DNA of 64,000 nt from a virus: IMG/VR virus record IMGVR_UViG_3300025889_000083, positions 40,149 to 104,148 of that record; one strand, written 5' to 3'. Under the pieces are notes generated by a model, which was not told the DNA's origin, did no database searches, and worked only from the letters and a program-made list of their open reading frames with translations. Positions within the stretch are counted from its first letter, which is position 1. Each line of letters begins with the position of its first letter. The position numbers were made by a program, and so were the translations under genes. Shown here one piece after another: positions 39,756 to 47,727 of this stretch.

Positions 39756-40776
39756 CTTGTGATAATATGATATTATATCCTTGAGAGGCATCTAAGTTTA
39801 CATAAATTGTATCACTTATACTTCTCGTCATTTTTAGTCTTCCAGAGTCTACTAAAGTAATTATTTGAGTCTCTGCATCTTGTCCTATTTCTGTTCCTGT
39901 AATTTGTAATGAGCCATCAGAGTCAAGTTCTTTTCCTCCTTCTTTTAGCTCGTCTACTGCTTCAATGATATCTAGTAAGTCTTCGAGAAAGTTTACATCT
40001 AATAAATCTACATCTATCTCACTAAACTCTAAGTCTTCTTCAAAGAAGTCTTCTGCAAGTAGATCTACCTCTAAATCATTAAAGTCTAAAAAATCTGCTC
40101 GGGCTGTCTTTTCTTCTTCAACAAGTTCTTCCTCTTTTGGAGGACTTACAATTAACATATTGTCAATCGCATCTAAAGTTAAGTCTAATATTACATTGCT
40201 ACTGGGAGCTTTCTCCCACATGCTTGCGACTGTGCTTTCAAATGGTTTATTGAGTACAGTAGTTCCTGCCGCCGTTGCTACCGTGATTTCACCGCTAGAT
40301 ATACCATTGACATCAGGAAGAAGAATAACCAGACTACGCCCCAACTCATCAACAGTAACAGTGAAGTCAGTTCCACGAATACCGATTTGAGCAGTTGGAG
40401 TGGATATACTAATATTCTCCTTATTAATCGCACCTATTTTCCCTGTGATAAATCGTGCAGTTCCTGAAGCAAATTGTAAGCCAATTTTTGACTTGCTTGG
40501 ATTTGGGTCAAAGACCACTTCATCAAGTATAAGCTTACTATGCTCAGTGAGACGCACAACACTATCGTCACTAAAAGTAATACCGAGGCGAGTATTAGCA
40601 GTTCGAACGTCATCATAACTATTTACTCCTATATTAACAGAAACGGGCAATTGCTCGCCCGTTCTATTTATTTCTGCATGATTACCGTTTAATTCAGTTA
40701 CGCTACCAATACCATCAGCATGAAGTGACAGTACCAGCATCATTTTGATAAATACAAATATTCGCATTTGATCCAC
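39688..40776 (-). CDS. FecR-domain exported protein
   Basis: D.VRT...ITFSDDSVVRL.EHS.L; ISTPTAQIGIRGTDF.V; acidic C-terminal half. Confidence 0.88.
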   Translation of the reverse strand: MDQMRIFVFIKMMLVLSLHADGIGSVTELNGNHAEINRTGEQLPVSVNIGVNSYDDVRTANTRLGITFSDDSVVRLTEHSKLILDEVVFDPNPSKSKIGLQFASGTARFITGKIGAINKENISISTPTAQIGIRGTDFTVTVDELGRSLVILLPDVNGISSGEITVATAAGTTVLNKPFESTVASMWEKAPSSNVILDLTLDAIDNMLIVSPPKEEELVEEEKTARADFLDFNDLEVDLLAEDFFEEDLEFSEIDVDLLDVNFLEDLLDIIEAVDELKEGGKELDSDGSLQITGTEIGQDAETQIITLVDSGRLKMTRSISDTIYVNLDASQGYNIILSQDGKDINIVVNSGGSSIILRQSE

Positions 40777-41452
40777 TTGTTCCGCTAGTCGTTGAATTAA
40801 TATTCAAGTAATCCTTTGCCAGTGTAGATTGCTGGTCTATAATAAAGTTTGTATAATCACCTGTATGATCTAGATAAAACTCATGTCCTGCATAGTTATC
40901 TGCATCGTAGTCCAGAGTATTATAATCTCCAGTTATGTCAATATCAAAGATTGCATTATCTACATCTATATTTGAAGTGATTGTATTATAATCACCGCTT
41001 ATAACAGCATCGTAGTCAACACCAGTTGCTGCTGCAGCTGTTGCTATTCTTACTGTCATGTCATTTCCACTTCCAGTAATATCTACATCTATGTTAAGAT
41101 TATCGCCGCCATAAGTTCCAGTTGCATCTACATCAATATCAAAGATATTGCTATCTCCTGTAAATGTAAAGTTTCCTGCAACTGTATCAGCTACGATATC
41201 TCCTATAAAATCGTTGCCATCTCCAATCTGATTTATATCAATCGTTTGACTGTTTCCTGTCAAATTAAATGTGCTAATTGGATCATTTCCACTTGCTGTT
41301 TCGTTTCCTTTTACTTGGTTTCCACTTCCAATCTGGTCTATCTCTATTTGAGCATTACTCCCAGATTGTGTTATGTAGATTTCATTATCCGCTGCATATG
41401 CACTTATAGTAAAAAGTACTATTAAACTAAGATTTACCCCCACTAGTTTCAT
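40715..41452 (-). CDS. curlin-like (CsgA/CsgB-like) repeat protein
   Basis: Signal peptide; NEIYITQSG, IDQIGSGN, INQIGDGN, TGDSN, TGSGN, SGDYN, TGDYN repeats; directly after csgG. Confidence 0.7.
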   Translation of the reverse strand: MKLVGVNLSLIVLFTISAYAADNEIYITQSGSNAQIEIDQIGSGNQVKGNETASGNDPISTFNLTGNSQTIDINQIGDGNDFIGDIVADTVAGNFTFTGDSNIFDIDVDATGTYGGDNLNIDVDITGSGNDMTVRIATAAAATGVDYDAVISGDYNTITSNIDVDNAIFDIDITGDYNTLDYDADNYAGHEFYLDHTGDYTNFIIDQQSTLAKDYLNINSTTSGTSGSNANICIYQNDAGTVTSC

Positions 41453-42293
41453 TTTGCTCTCCCAAGCTGGCTACTGACCAGTAGCCTCTTCTATTTCCTT
41501 CTAAAATAGTTTCATATACTCCTGTCTCAATTGCTTTCTGAAGTGCAATAGTAACGCTTTCGTTCTTTGTCACTCCATTCTCAACTTCGACAAGTTCTGT
41601 TCCCATCTCAATAAATCGAAAAACATCTTGATTTACTGCGACACTGAGAATCGTTTTTGTTATAAGCACTTCCATGAGAATCTCTCCAGTGCTTACACTT
41701 ACTGTTCTTAATGATACCGTCACGGTATCTTCTCGATATTGCTTACTTGCTCCAATACCTAAATATCTTGCTCCTGTTCCTCCTGACTTTAAATTGGTAT
41801 CATAACCAATTACGCCACCTTCCATAATAAGTCCTGCGAAAAGCAGGGGAAGCATGTCTTCGGATTCTCGTAGCGAATCTCGTGTGGAGCGAATGAGCTG
41901 TCTCTCTTTTGTAAGATGATCGAGTCCAACTCGTTCAACAACTCGAAAGAAACTTCCTTGCCCTGCATGCTTGAGTGCTCGTACGAGTAAAGCGTCAGGT
42001 GACATGGTGACTGCAGTGCTGAACAACGCGAACTGGCTATTACTTTTTCGTTGTCCTGTGAGGTCACTAAAGCTATATACAGCAACAGTTGGGATATTAT
42101 TAGAAGTCCGAGTAATATTCCACAGATTTTCATTTGTAATCTGTCGGACTTCAGCAATCTCCATTTTACTAAAATAACCTGTGTTATTTTCGAGAAGACT
42201 CTTAACATCATATCCCCCAAAACAACTACTAAGGCATAAAGTCGCCAAAGGAACCAATCGGAATTGTAATCTCTGTAACTTGTCCATCTGCAT
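41427..42293 (-). CDS. csgG: curli secretion channel lipoprotein CsgG
   Basis: Lipobox LSSC; VAVYSFSDLTGQ; FSTAVT; FRVVERVGL..L.KERQLIR; GGTGARYLGIG..QYRED.VTV.LR. Confidence 0.93.
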   Translation of the reverse strand: MQMDKLQRLQFRLVPLATLCLSSCFGGYDVKSLLENNTGYFSKMEIAEVRQITNENLWNITRTSNNIPTVAVYSFSDLTGQRKSNSQFALFSTAVTMSPDALLVRALKHAGQGSFFRVVERVGLDHLTKERQLIRSTRDSLRESEDMLPLLFAGLIMEGGVIGYDTNLKSGGTGARYLGIGASKQYREDTVTVSLRTVSVSTGEILMEVLITKTILSVAVNQDVFRFIEMGTELVEVENGVTKNESVTIALQKAIETGVYETILEGNRRGYWSVASLGEQNETSGGKS

Positions 42294-42732
42294 CTGTAAT
42301 TCTTAGAGTAATTGTTGTACCATCACTGGAATACTCAATTGTGTTTCCTTCAATAACAACTGTACCGTAGGCTTCAAGTCCTTGTCCGTTAGATCCAAAG
42401 AGTTGATCGACGAGATCTCGTGATAACTGAGAATAAACTCTACTCTCGAAGTTCTTGAGAAATCGTGCGAGAGTTGATGACTCTGCGTCTCGTTTTGCTT
42501 GTTCAATTGCTGCTTCTAAATCGTCTTTAATTTTATTTTTTCGAGTGTTTTCTTGATTTTCGATTGTCAAGTAATGTGCCGATGTTCCGATCCCAGAGAA
42601 ACTGGGATTGTTGAACTTGTGCACCATTTCGTCGGTATAACCTTTCACCGCAAAAAATATTGCTCCACCAATACATACTAAACCAATCGTAATACTAAGG
42701 AATCTTTTTCGTAGCGGAGTCTTTCTTCTCAT
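42229..42732 (-). CDS. csgF: curli assembly protein CsgF
   Basis: MVHKFNNPSFSG; F...ESRVYSQLS; ITDADGQVTEITIP. Confidence 0.85.
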   Translation of the reverse strand: MRRKTPLRKRFLSITIGLVCIGGAIFFAVKGYTDEMVHKFNNPSFSGIGTSAHYLTIENQENTRKNKIKDDLEAAIEQAKRDAESSTLARFLKNFESRVYSQLSRDLVDQLFGSNGQGLEAYGTVVIEGNTIEYSSDGTTITLRITDADGQVTEITIPIGSFGDFMP

Positions 42733-42961
42733 TTTCTTTCATCTGTAGAATTGTATCTACCTTTTGCTGTAGTCTTATTAGATCATTGTCGAGCATACGA
42801 ACTTGGTCGATTAACTTAATAAGTGCAAAGTGCATTTCTTCAACAGCAGGTTCCACCACATCATTAAGGTTTGTCCACATATAGTAAACAAAATAACCAA
42901 GTCCAACCATCGCAATGATTGGAAAACCAAAGTCTTGTATCAGTTGTCCTATGTCTTCCAT
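42695..42961 (-). CDS. single-pass membrane coiled-coil protein
   Basis: LIQDFGFPI..VGLGYFVYY; LDNDLIRL; paralogous to 43335-43631. Confidence 0.7.
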   Translation of the reverse strand: MEDIGQLIQDFGFPIIAMVGLGYFVYYMWTNLNDVVEPAVEEMHFALIKLIDQVRMLDNDLIRLQQKVDTILQMKENEKKDSATKKIP

Positions 42962-43335
42962 GAAGCTAGTGCCTTTTTGATACTTTCTTCTGCTAAGACT
43001 GAGCAGTGTAATTTTATACTTGGAAGTTCAAGAGCAGCAGCTATATCTCTATCTTTTATCTTAAGAGCCTCTTCTACTGTCTTTCCAACAAGCATGTCTA
43101 CAAAAAGACTGCTTGAAGCGATTGCACTTCCACAACCATATGTTTTAAACTTTACATCTTGTATTATGTTATCTTCAATCTTAAGTTGAAGTTTCATTAC
43201 GTCTCCACAAGCTGGAGCTCCTACCATTCCAGTAGCAACTCTCGGATCGCTGGGATCAAATCTACCAACGGAAAATTTTTCGGGATTACTAAGTACTCCT
43301 TCAAATCTTTCTACTACTTGTCTGCTATATGCCAT
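42949..43335 (-). CDS. iscU: Fe-S cluster scaffold IscU
   Basis: GMVGAPACGDVMKLQ; FKTYGCGSAIASSS; LELPSIKLHCSVLAE. Confidence 0.95.
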   Translation of the reverse strand: MAYSRQVVERFEGVLSNPEKFSVGRFDPSDPRVATGMVGAPACGDVMKLQLKIEDNIIQDVKFKTYGCGSAIASSSLFVDMLVGKTVEEALKIKDRDIAAALELPSIKLHCSVLAEESIKKALASWKT

Positions 43336-43631
43336 TAATCTCTTCTCACGTCTAAAGTGCCAGCTTCAATAAAATTCTCTGCTCTGGCAATTCTATTTAG
43401 ATCTGGCACAAGTCCAAGAGCAGCACTTACAGTTGTGTCTAATCTTATCATGTCATTATTGATTGTTTTGACACGAGTAGTAAGTGAAGTACAAAACATT
43501 TTAAGAGTTCCAATACTAGAAGCAACTCCTTCCATCTTCTGTTTCATAACAAGAAAGATGAAGTATCCCATAACAAGTGCGCCTGCTATCGGTGCTCCAA
43601 CTTCTGCTATAAGATTAAGTACTTCTTCCAT
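43335..43631 (-). CDS. single-pass membrane coiled-coil protein
   Basis: LIAEVGAPIA..VMGYFIF; INNDMIRLD. Confidence 0.7.
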   Translation of the reverse strand: MEEVLNLIAEVGAPIAGALVMGYFIFLVMKQKMEGVASSIGTLKMFCTSLTTRVKTINNDMIRLDTTVSAALGLVPDLNRIARAENFIEAGTLDVRRD

Positions 43632-43926
43632 TTATAAATGACTCTCCACAGCCACAGCGGGTGTAAGGCAAGTCAAAAGTAAGTTTTTCATTTAAGTCAC
43701 TTTCAAGTCCGATCTCAACTGGCTCTAACATCTCCCAGTCTGAAAAAGGAATATGGATTGAGAAAAATCCAAAGTCCACCATATATGTTCCCCCAACTTC
43801 TGAGGTTTCTATAAATTCGATACTATTACCGCTGCAACCACGACGAGCAGACCTAAGTAGTATTCTCGCTGGTTTCTTTGCAATGCGCTCCGTAATAAAT
43901 TGTATGGCTTCATTAGATATCTTCAC
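43615..43926 (-). CDS. iscA: A-type Fe-S carrier (IscA/HesB family), divergent
   Basis: RGCSG and C-terminal CGCGESF. Confidence 0.82.
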   Translation of the reverse strand: MKISNEAIQFITERIAKKPARILLRSARRGCSGNSIEFIETSEVGGTYMVDFGFFSIHIPFSDWEMLEPVEIGLESDLNEKLTFDLPYTRCGCGESFINGRST

Positions 43927-44050
43927 CGTCCATGTATTTGCCCCAGAGGTATTTAGCCCCTACGTATGCACCTCCTAAAATGCTTGCCCAGATAACTAGG
44001 CTAAATAAATATTTAAATAATGTGTATGGTAATAAAATAAATTCTATCAT
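43913..44050 (-). CDS. small membrane protein (45 aa)
   Basis: MIEFILLPYTLFKYLFSLVIWASILGG...; ATGA overlap with terS stop. Confidence 0.6.
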   Translation of the reverse strand: MIEFILLPYTLFKYLFSLVIWASILGGAYVGAKYLWGKYMDGEDI

Positions 44051-44511
44051 GTTTTGTCCTGTAATAATCGTTCCATTAACTTGCCGTAATTTCCCTGACC
44101 GAATGGTAATTCTCCATTTATCTGCACATTCGTCTGGTTTTTAATATTAGAGGCTTTGGCTTTCTCAAGTTCTGCCATTGCCTTGATCTCATCCATGCGC
44201 ATCTTGTGCGCTAGGCTTAGTAGATCTACGACATCCTTATTAGTGTAAACTTGACTTTCTTCTGCTTCTTCTAGTTTCTGTTCTATTATATCGTCAAGTT
44301 TATTTGCAATTTTAAATCTATTGCGATATCCTGTGTCCAGATAGACTTGATCGATATACTGGCGAACTTCTCTTTTATTGAGTAGATCTTGTACAGTATT
44401 TTCATCAAGTTTAAGTCGTAAACAAACTGACTGAACATTTCCCAGTTCTAAATAACAGTTCGCTACTTCTAAGCCTTCTGGAGACATTCTTGTTGCGATT
44501 TCATTTTTCAT
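44047..44511 (-). CDS. terS: terminase small subunit (T5-like)
   Basis: MSPEGLEVANCYL; REVRQYID.VYLDTGYRNR; KLEEAEES; NQTNVQIN...NYGKLM. Confidence 0.85.
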   Translation of the reverse strand: MKNEIATRMSPEGLEVANCYLELGNVQSVCLRLKLDENTVQDLLNKREVRQYIDQVYLDTGYRNRFKIANKLDDIIEQKLEEAEESQVYTNKDVVDLLSLAHKMRMDEIKAMAELEKAKASNIKNQTNVQINGELPFGQGNYGKLMERLLQDKT

Positions 44512-44517
44512 ATTGGG

Positions 44518-44546
44518 AGTATACCATAGGTCGATCTAAAAGTCAA
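44518..44546 (-). promoter_or_regulatory. promoter for terS-isc-curli-cyclase operon (leaderless start)
   Basis: TTGACT-N17-TATACT-N6-ATG. Confidence 0.8.
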
Positions 44547-44646
44547 GAAATTTTTTCGTATGCATCGTCACGATGCTATCTTCTGCGTCTTTTTATAAGT
44601 ACCAAAAATACCAAAAGTTGTACGTGTGGGGGAGCGGAGCTCCGCG

Positions 44647-44662
44647 CTGACAACGTTGTCAG
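44647..44662. repeat. palindrome TGACAACGTTGTCA, copy 1
   Basis: Identical 14-bp core also at 45910-45923 and 48083-48096. Confidence 0.9.
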
Positions 44663-44690
44663 AAAACCGCCCCCCATTGCTGGGGGGTGG
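44662..44690 (-). terminator. terminator of leftward small-gene operon
   Basis: CCACCCCCCA-GCAA-TGGGGGGCGG-TTTTC. Confidence 0.65.
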
Positions 44691-44702
44691 CGGGGGGATA
44701 TG

Positions 44703-44846
44703 CTAGAAATTAAATTCTAGCTGCTTTGGTTTATTGCGATTAACAAATAAATGTCTTCTCACAATCTCACCTTTAATCCTAGCAATCATCTCACTATGAG
44801 ATTTTGCTACTATTCTTTTTTTGCCTACTCTTGTAATTACTTTCAT
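44703..44846 (-). CDS. small basic protein ending QLEFNF (47 aa)
   Basis: Below cutoff; ATGA overlap with upstream ORF; AAGGA RBS. Confidence 0.55.
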   Translation of the reverse strand: MKVITRVGKKRIVAKSHSEMIARIKGEIVRRHLFVNRNKPKQLEFNF

Positions 44847-45031
44847 TTTTCTTTCCTTAGCCAATAACGATTGGCATTAATTCCTATAGACACATTATGC
44901 GTCATTTCTTCCCACATATCAAGACATCTTCTTAATTTATTTTTAAGCAGATATTTCTTGATTGCTTTCTCATCACCAACCATAACGATAAGATAATCTT
45001 TATATAATTGATATTTCATAATTCGCCCCAC
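44843..45031 (-). CDS. hypothetical protein
   Basis: Coupled small ORF. Confidence 0.5.
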   Translation of the reverse strand: MGRIMKYQLYKDYLIVMVGDEKAIKKYLLKNKLRRCLDMWEEMTHNVSIGINANRYWLRKEK

Positions 45032-45243
45032 TCATTATGCATGACTGCTAATAAATCGTAGAACATACCATTTAATTCATCTCTTAGATATTTATCTTTC
45101 TTGACCATTGTCATTGGACAATATCTAATATAATCATTCCACCGCCGAACAATTTGCCTTGCTGATTGCTTGGGCAATTTGGTTTCTTTAATCGCCATGT
45201 GGTATGGTGTTCTCATGTTTACCATTTGCTCACTACCTGCCAT
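45016..45243 (-). CDS. hypothetical protein
   Basis: Coupled small ORF. Confidence 0.5.
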   Translation of the reverse strand: MAGSEQMVNMRTPYHMAIKETKLPKQSARQIVRRWNDYIRYCPMTMVKKDKYLRDELNGMFYDLLAVMHNEWGEL

Positions 45244-45336
45244 TTGGTAATACCCCCCACATAACTAAAAGATTAATGCATGTTATCGCAATTCCTAGCG
45301 ATAGGAAAAACATTCCAAACAGAATTAAATTCTCTC

Positions 45337-45507
45337 TCATAATCCTAACCCCATTAATAATAAAGCTAAAAACATGCAACCTATAACTGCTATATTAATC
45401 ATCAACTCAACCCCATAAGGAAGACTATCTGTCCATCTCATAATATAGGCAACCGATAAACACGCCATTAAAAAGACGATACCGCACAAAAATAAAAAAG
45501 CATTCAT
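45337..45507 (-). CDS. small two-TM membrane protein (56 aa)
   Basis: MNAFLFLCGIVFLMACLSVAYIM...; followed by a 35-aa TM ORF at 45233-45340. Confidence 0.5.
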   Translation of the reverse strand: MNAFLFLCGIVFLMACLSVAYIMRWTDSLPYGVELMINIAVIGCMFLALLLMGLGL

Positions 45508-45743
45508 TATTTAATCCCCCACTCTTTTTTTGTATTACTAATAGATTGACTAGCTATATCGAAACCTCTATCAATCCCATTTTCAAACGCCATATCTAGG
45601 TTATCTAAAATGGCATTTCTTAGATGATGCTGTAAAACATCATCTTGTATTTTAGAAACTAAATCCCATAATGCGATTTTCATTTCCATATCTTTTTTTT
45701 CTTTATCTAGCATTTTTAACTCCTTATTAGATAAATTTTCCAT
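45507..45743 (-). CDS. hypothetical protein
   Basis: First gene after a TTGCAT promoter. Confidence 0.55.
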   Translation of the reverse strand: MENLSNKELKMLDKEKKDMEMKIALWDLVSKIQDDVLQHHLRNAILDNLDMAFENGIDRGFDIASQSISNTKKEWGIK

Positions 45744-45812
45744 ACACTAATTATTACAAAAAACAACAAGCAATGCAAGAATTTTTTTACTTTTTTTGCC
45801 TTGCTGTTTTGA

Positions 45813-45880
45813 TTGACTCACCCTAAAATTCATAAATGAATTTTAGGGTGTGTTTCGCTTTTTGTCAATAGATTTTTTAA
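45813..45880 (-). repeat. ~65-bp direct repeat: promoter with -10 inside a 32-bp palindrome, copy 1
   Basis: CACCCTAAAATTCAT-AA-ATGAATTTTAGGGTG; minus-strand TTGACA-N17-TAAAAT; second copy at 48134-48200, variant palindrome near 45940-45967. Confidence 0.9.
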
Positions 45881-45908
45881 AAAAAATTACTATATATTTA
45901 TACAGCAA

Positions 45909-45924
45909 ATGACAACGTTGTCAT
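45909..45924. repeat. palindrome TGACAACGTTGTCA, copy 2
   Basis: ATGACAACGTTGTCAT. Confidence 0.9.
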
Positions 45925-45999
45925 GGCTAAAAGAAACATACCCTAAAATTATAAATAATTTTAGGGTGGCTCTGATTTGGTGGGTTGCTTTAAATGGGG

Positions 46000-46078
46000 C
46001 GGTCTAAAATTTGTCCGCTTCGCTTTATCAAACTTTGTTTGATAAACAAATTTTAGACCGAGATTCAGAAAATGTCAA
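46000..46078 (-). promoter_or_regulatory. promoter with -10 inside a branched inverted repeat, copy 1
   Basis: TTGACA-N17-TAAAAT; CGGTCTAAAATTTG/CAAATTTTAGACCG arms. Confidence 0.75.
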
Positions 46079-46211
46079 GATTTGTGACAACTTTTTTACT
46101 GCTCATTTTTTGACCACTTGGCGAAAATTTATACAGGGCTATTTTTTCAAATACACTTGCTCTCTTTATACTTTTCGATATACTAGAAGGATATTCATAA
46201 GAGAGGAAAAA

Positions 46212-46358
46212 ATGGAAAAAGAAAAGAAACAAGAAGAAACTAAGGCAACACTAGCCAAGATGATCGCTAAGAAAAAAGGTTTATCAACTTCCGAGCAAAC
46301 ATCACTAGAAAGAACTTCTAAAGATATGCTTGTTAAAATCTTGGCATGGGTTTCCTAG
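46212..46358 (+). CDS. mini protein resembling C-terminal half of A2-like proteins (48 aa)
   Basis: Start refined to ATG 46212 (GAGG RBS); TKATLAKMIA...TSLERTSKDMLVKIL. Confidence 0.6.
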   Translation: MEKEKKQEETKATLAKMIAKKKGLSTSEQTSLERTSKDMLVKILAWVS

Positions 46359-46576
46359 ATCTTCTTTATTGGTTTGGGGCTATCTGTTTAATGATTGCCC
46401 CAATAACCAAAAACACCACCACTCCGATAATGGCGGTTATTGGTTTATCCTTGCTAACACTTCAAGCAATAGAAAATCAATTAATCAATTTAATAATCTT
46501 AAATGTATCCTCAATTATTGCATGGGGCTACAACTATAAAAGGATAACTAATGAAAACAAAAATCGAATTAACTAA
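46346..46576 (+). CDS. small membrane protein
   Basis: Three hydrophobic segments. Confidence 0.5.
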   Translation: MGFLDLLYWFGAICLMIAPITKNTTTPIMAVIGLSLLTLQAIENQLINLIILNVSSIIAWGYNYKRITNENKNRIN

Positions 46577-47033
46577 ACAAATAGGCAAGGCAAAAATACC
46601 GCTTAAACTTTTTAAATATAGCTATCTATATTTGCTTTCCCTAGAATTGCTAAATGATGAAGGCACACCATACCAGCAATATTTTAAATTTGGAAAAACA
46701 CAAGATCCCGAAAAGCGATTTAAACAATTCCAAAAAGACTATATGAATTTTAAGATAGGTTATTTTTGGCTCTCTTACGATATGCCAAATTGTTGGCGGT
46801 GGTTAGATATGGAAACTCAAATTATAGAGAGCAAAATTAAAAAAACACTTGATAGCAATTTTGAGAAATGGGACAAAGAAAAAGGCAGAATTTATGGGTG
46901 GACAGAAATATATAAACTCAATAATACGCTAGAATTAAAAGGCATTAAGACTTTTGTAACCACAGAAATAAAAATGCTCATGGGACAAAATAACATCAGC
47001 AACTTAGAGGATTTAAAATTATGCACAAAATAA
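46551..47033 (+). CDS. GIY-YIG superfamily (T5orf172/MUG113-like) nuclease-domain protein
   Basis: YLYLL...FKFGKT.DPEKRF..Q; E..I; GWTE. Confidence 0.7.
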   Translation: MKTKIELTKQIGKAKIPLKLFKYSYLYLLSLELLNDEGTPYQQYFKFGKTQDPEKRFKQFQKDYMNFKIGYFWLSYDMPNCWRWLDMETQIIESKIKKTLDSNFEKWDKEKGRIYGWTEIYKLNNTLELKGIKTFVTTEIKMLMGQNNISNLEDLKLCTK

Positions 47034-47510
47034 ATATTAATAATCAAGAATATATTATGAGAGTCATTGTAGATGACAAAGGAAATGTAGATCATAAAGC
47101 ACAGCTAGAGGTAGAAGAAAAATGGAAAGGAATGACAATAGAGAAGCCAACACTTACGCTAATAACGAACAAGCAATATATAAAATCGTTAAAAGACTAA
47201 ATGAAAAAAGAAAAAATGAACTTTATAGATTGCTTATCAGATATCGCAGACTTAATGGAGAACATAGAACAAGACATGGAAAAAGCTCTCCGCTATTTAC
47301 TGCAAAAATTAGGGTTATCCGAAAAGAACTAGAAGGAAAATTTTTTATTACTGATTTAGATTGATTACAGGGCAAAGCTATCTTTCATTAATTCCTTCTC
47401 ATATCTTAGCTTTGCCCTATTCCGATTTGGGCTCTGTTGATCTCATTTAATTTTTATTAAATAAGGACGGAAACTCTCTTTGTTAATTTCTACGAGAGCA
47501 GAGCCCAAAG

Positions 47511-47550
47511 TTATCCACAAAAAAACGACTTACTAACAAGGTTATCCACA
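47511..47550 (+). promoter_or_regulatory. two DnaA boxes
   Basis: TTATCCACA at 47511-47519 and 47542-47550. Confidence 0.8.
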
Positions 47551-47573
47551 GGCAAATTTTTTTGTCACAAAAC

Positions 47574-47647
47574 TTGACTTTTTTCGAAACGCGGTCTAAA
47601 ATTTGCTTATTGCAAAGCAATAACCGAAGGTCGCAAATTTTAGACCG
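47574..47647 (+). promoter_or_regulatory. promoter with -10 inside a branched inverted repeat, copy 2
   Basis: TTGACT-N17-TAAAAT; CGGTCTAAAATTTGC/GCAAATTTTAGACCG arms. Confidence 0.75.
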
Positions 47648-47727
47648 AGCCCAAATTAACCAAAAAAATAATTTAAAAATATTTAAAAAAACGCTTGACG
47701 GCAGGGTTAAAATTTGAGAATATATAC

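Noticed and set aside
1655-42239. Many plus-strand ORFs of 60-140 aa within the minus-strand late region
   Set aside because: Antisense shadows of recognisable genes, without RBS or motifs
45890-45905. LexA box as a firm feature
   Set aside because: Mismatch at the normally invariant G of CTG in AT-rich DNA; kept only as weak support
47122-47364. 80-aa ORF from the track
   Set aside because: Two shorter coupled ORFs in other frames (starting near 47021 and 47201) fit equally well; left uncalled
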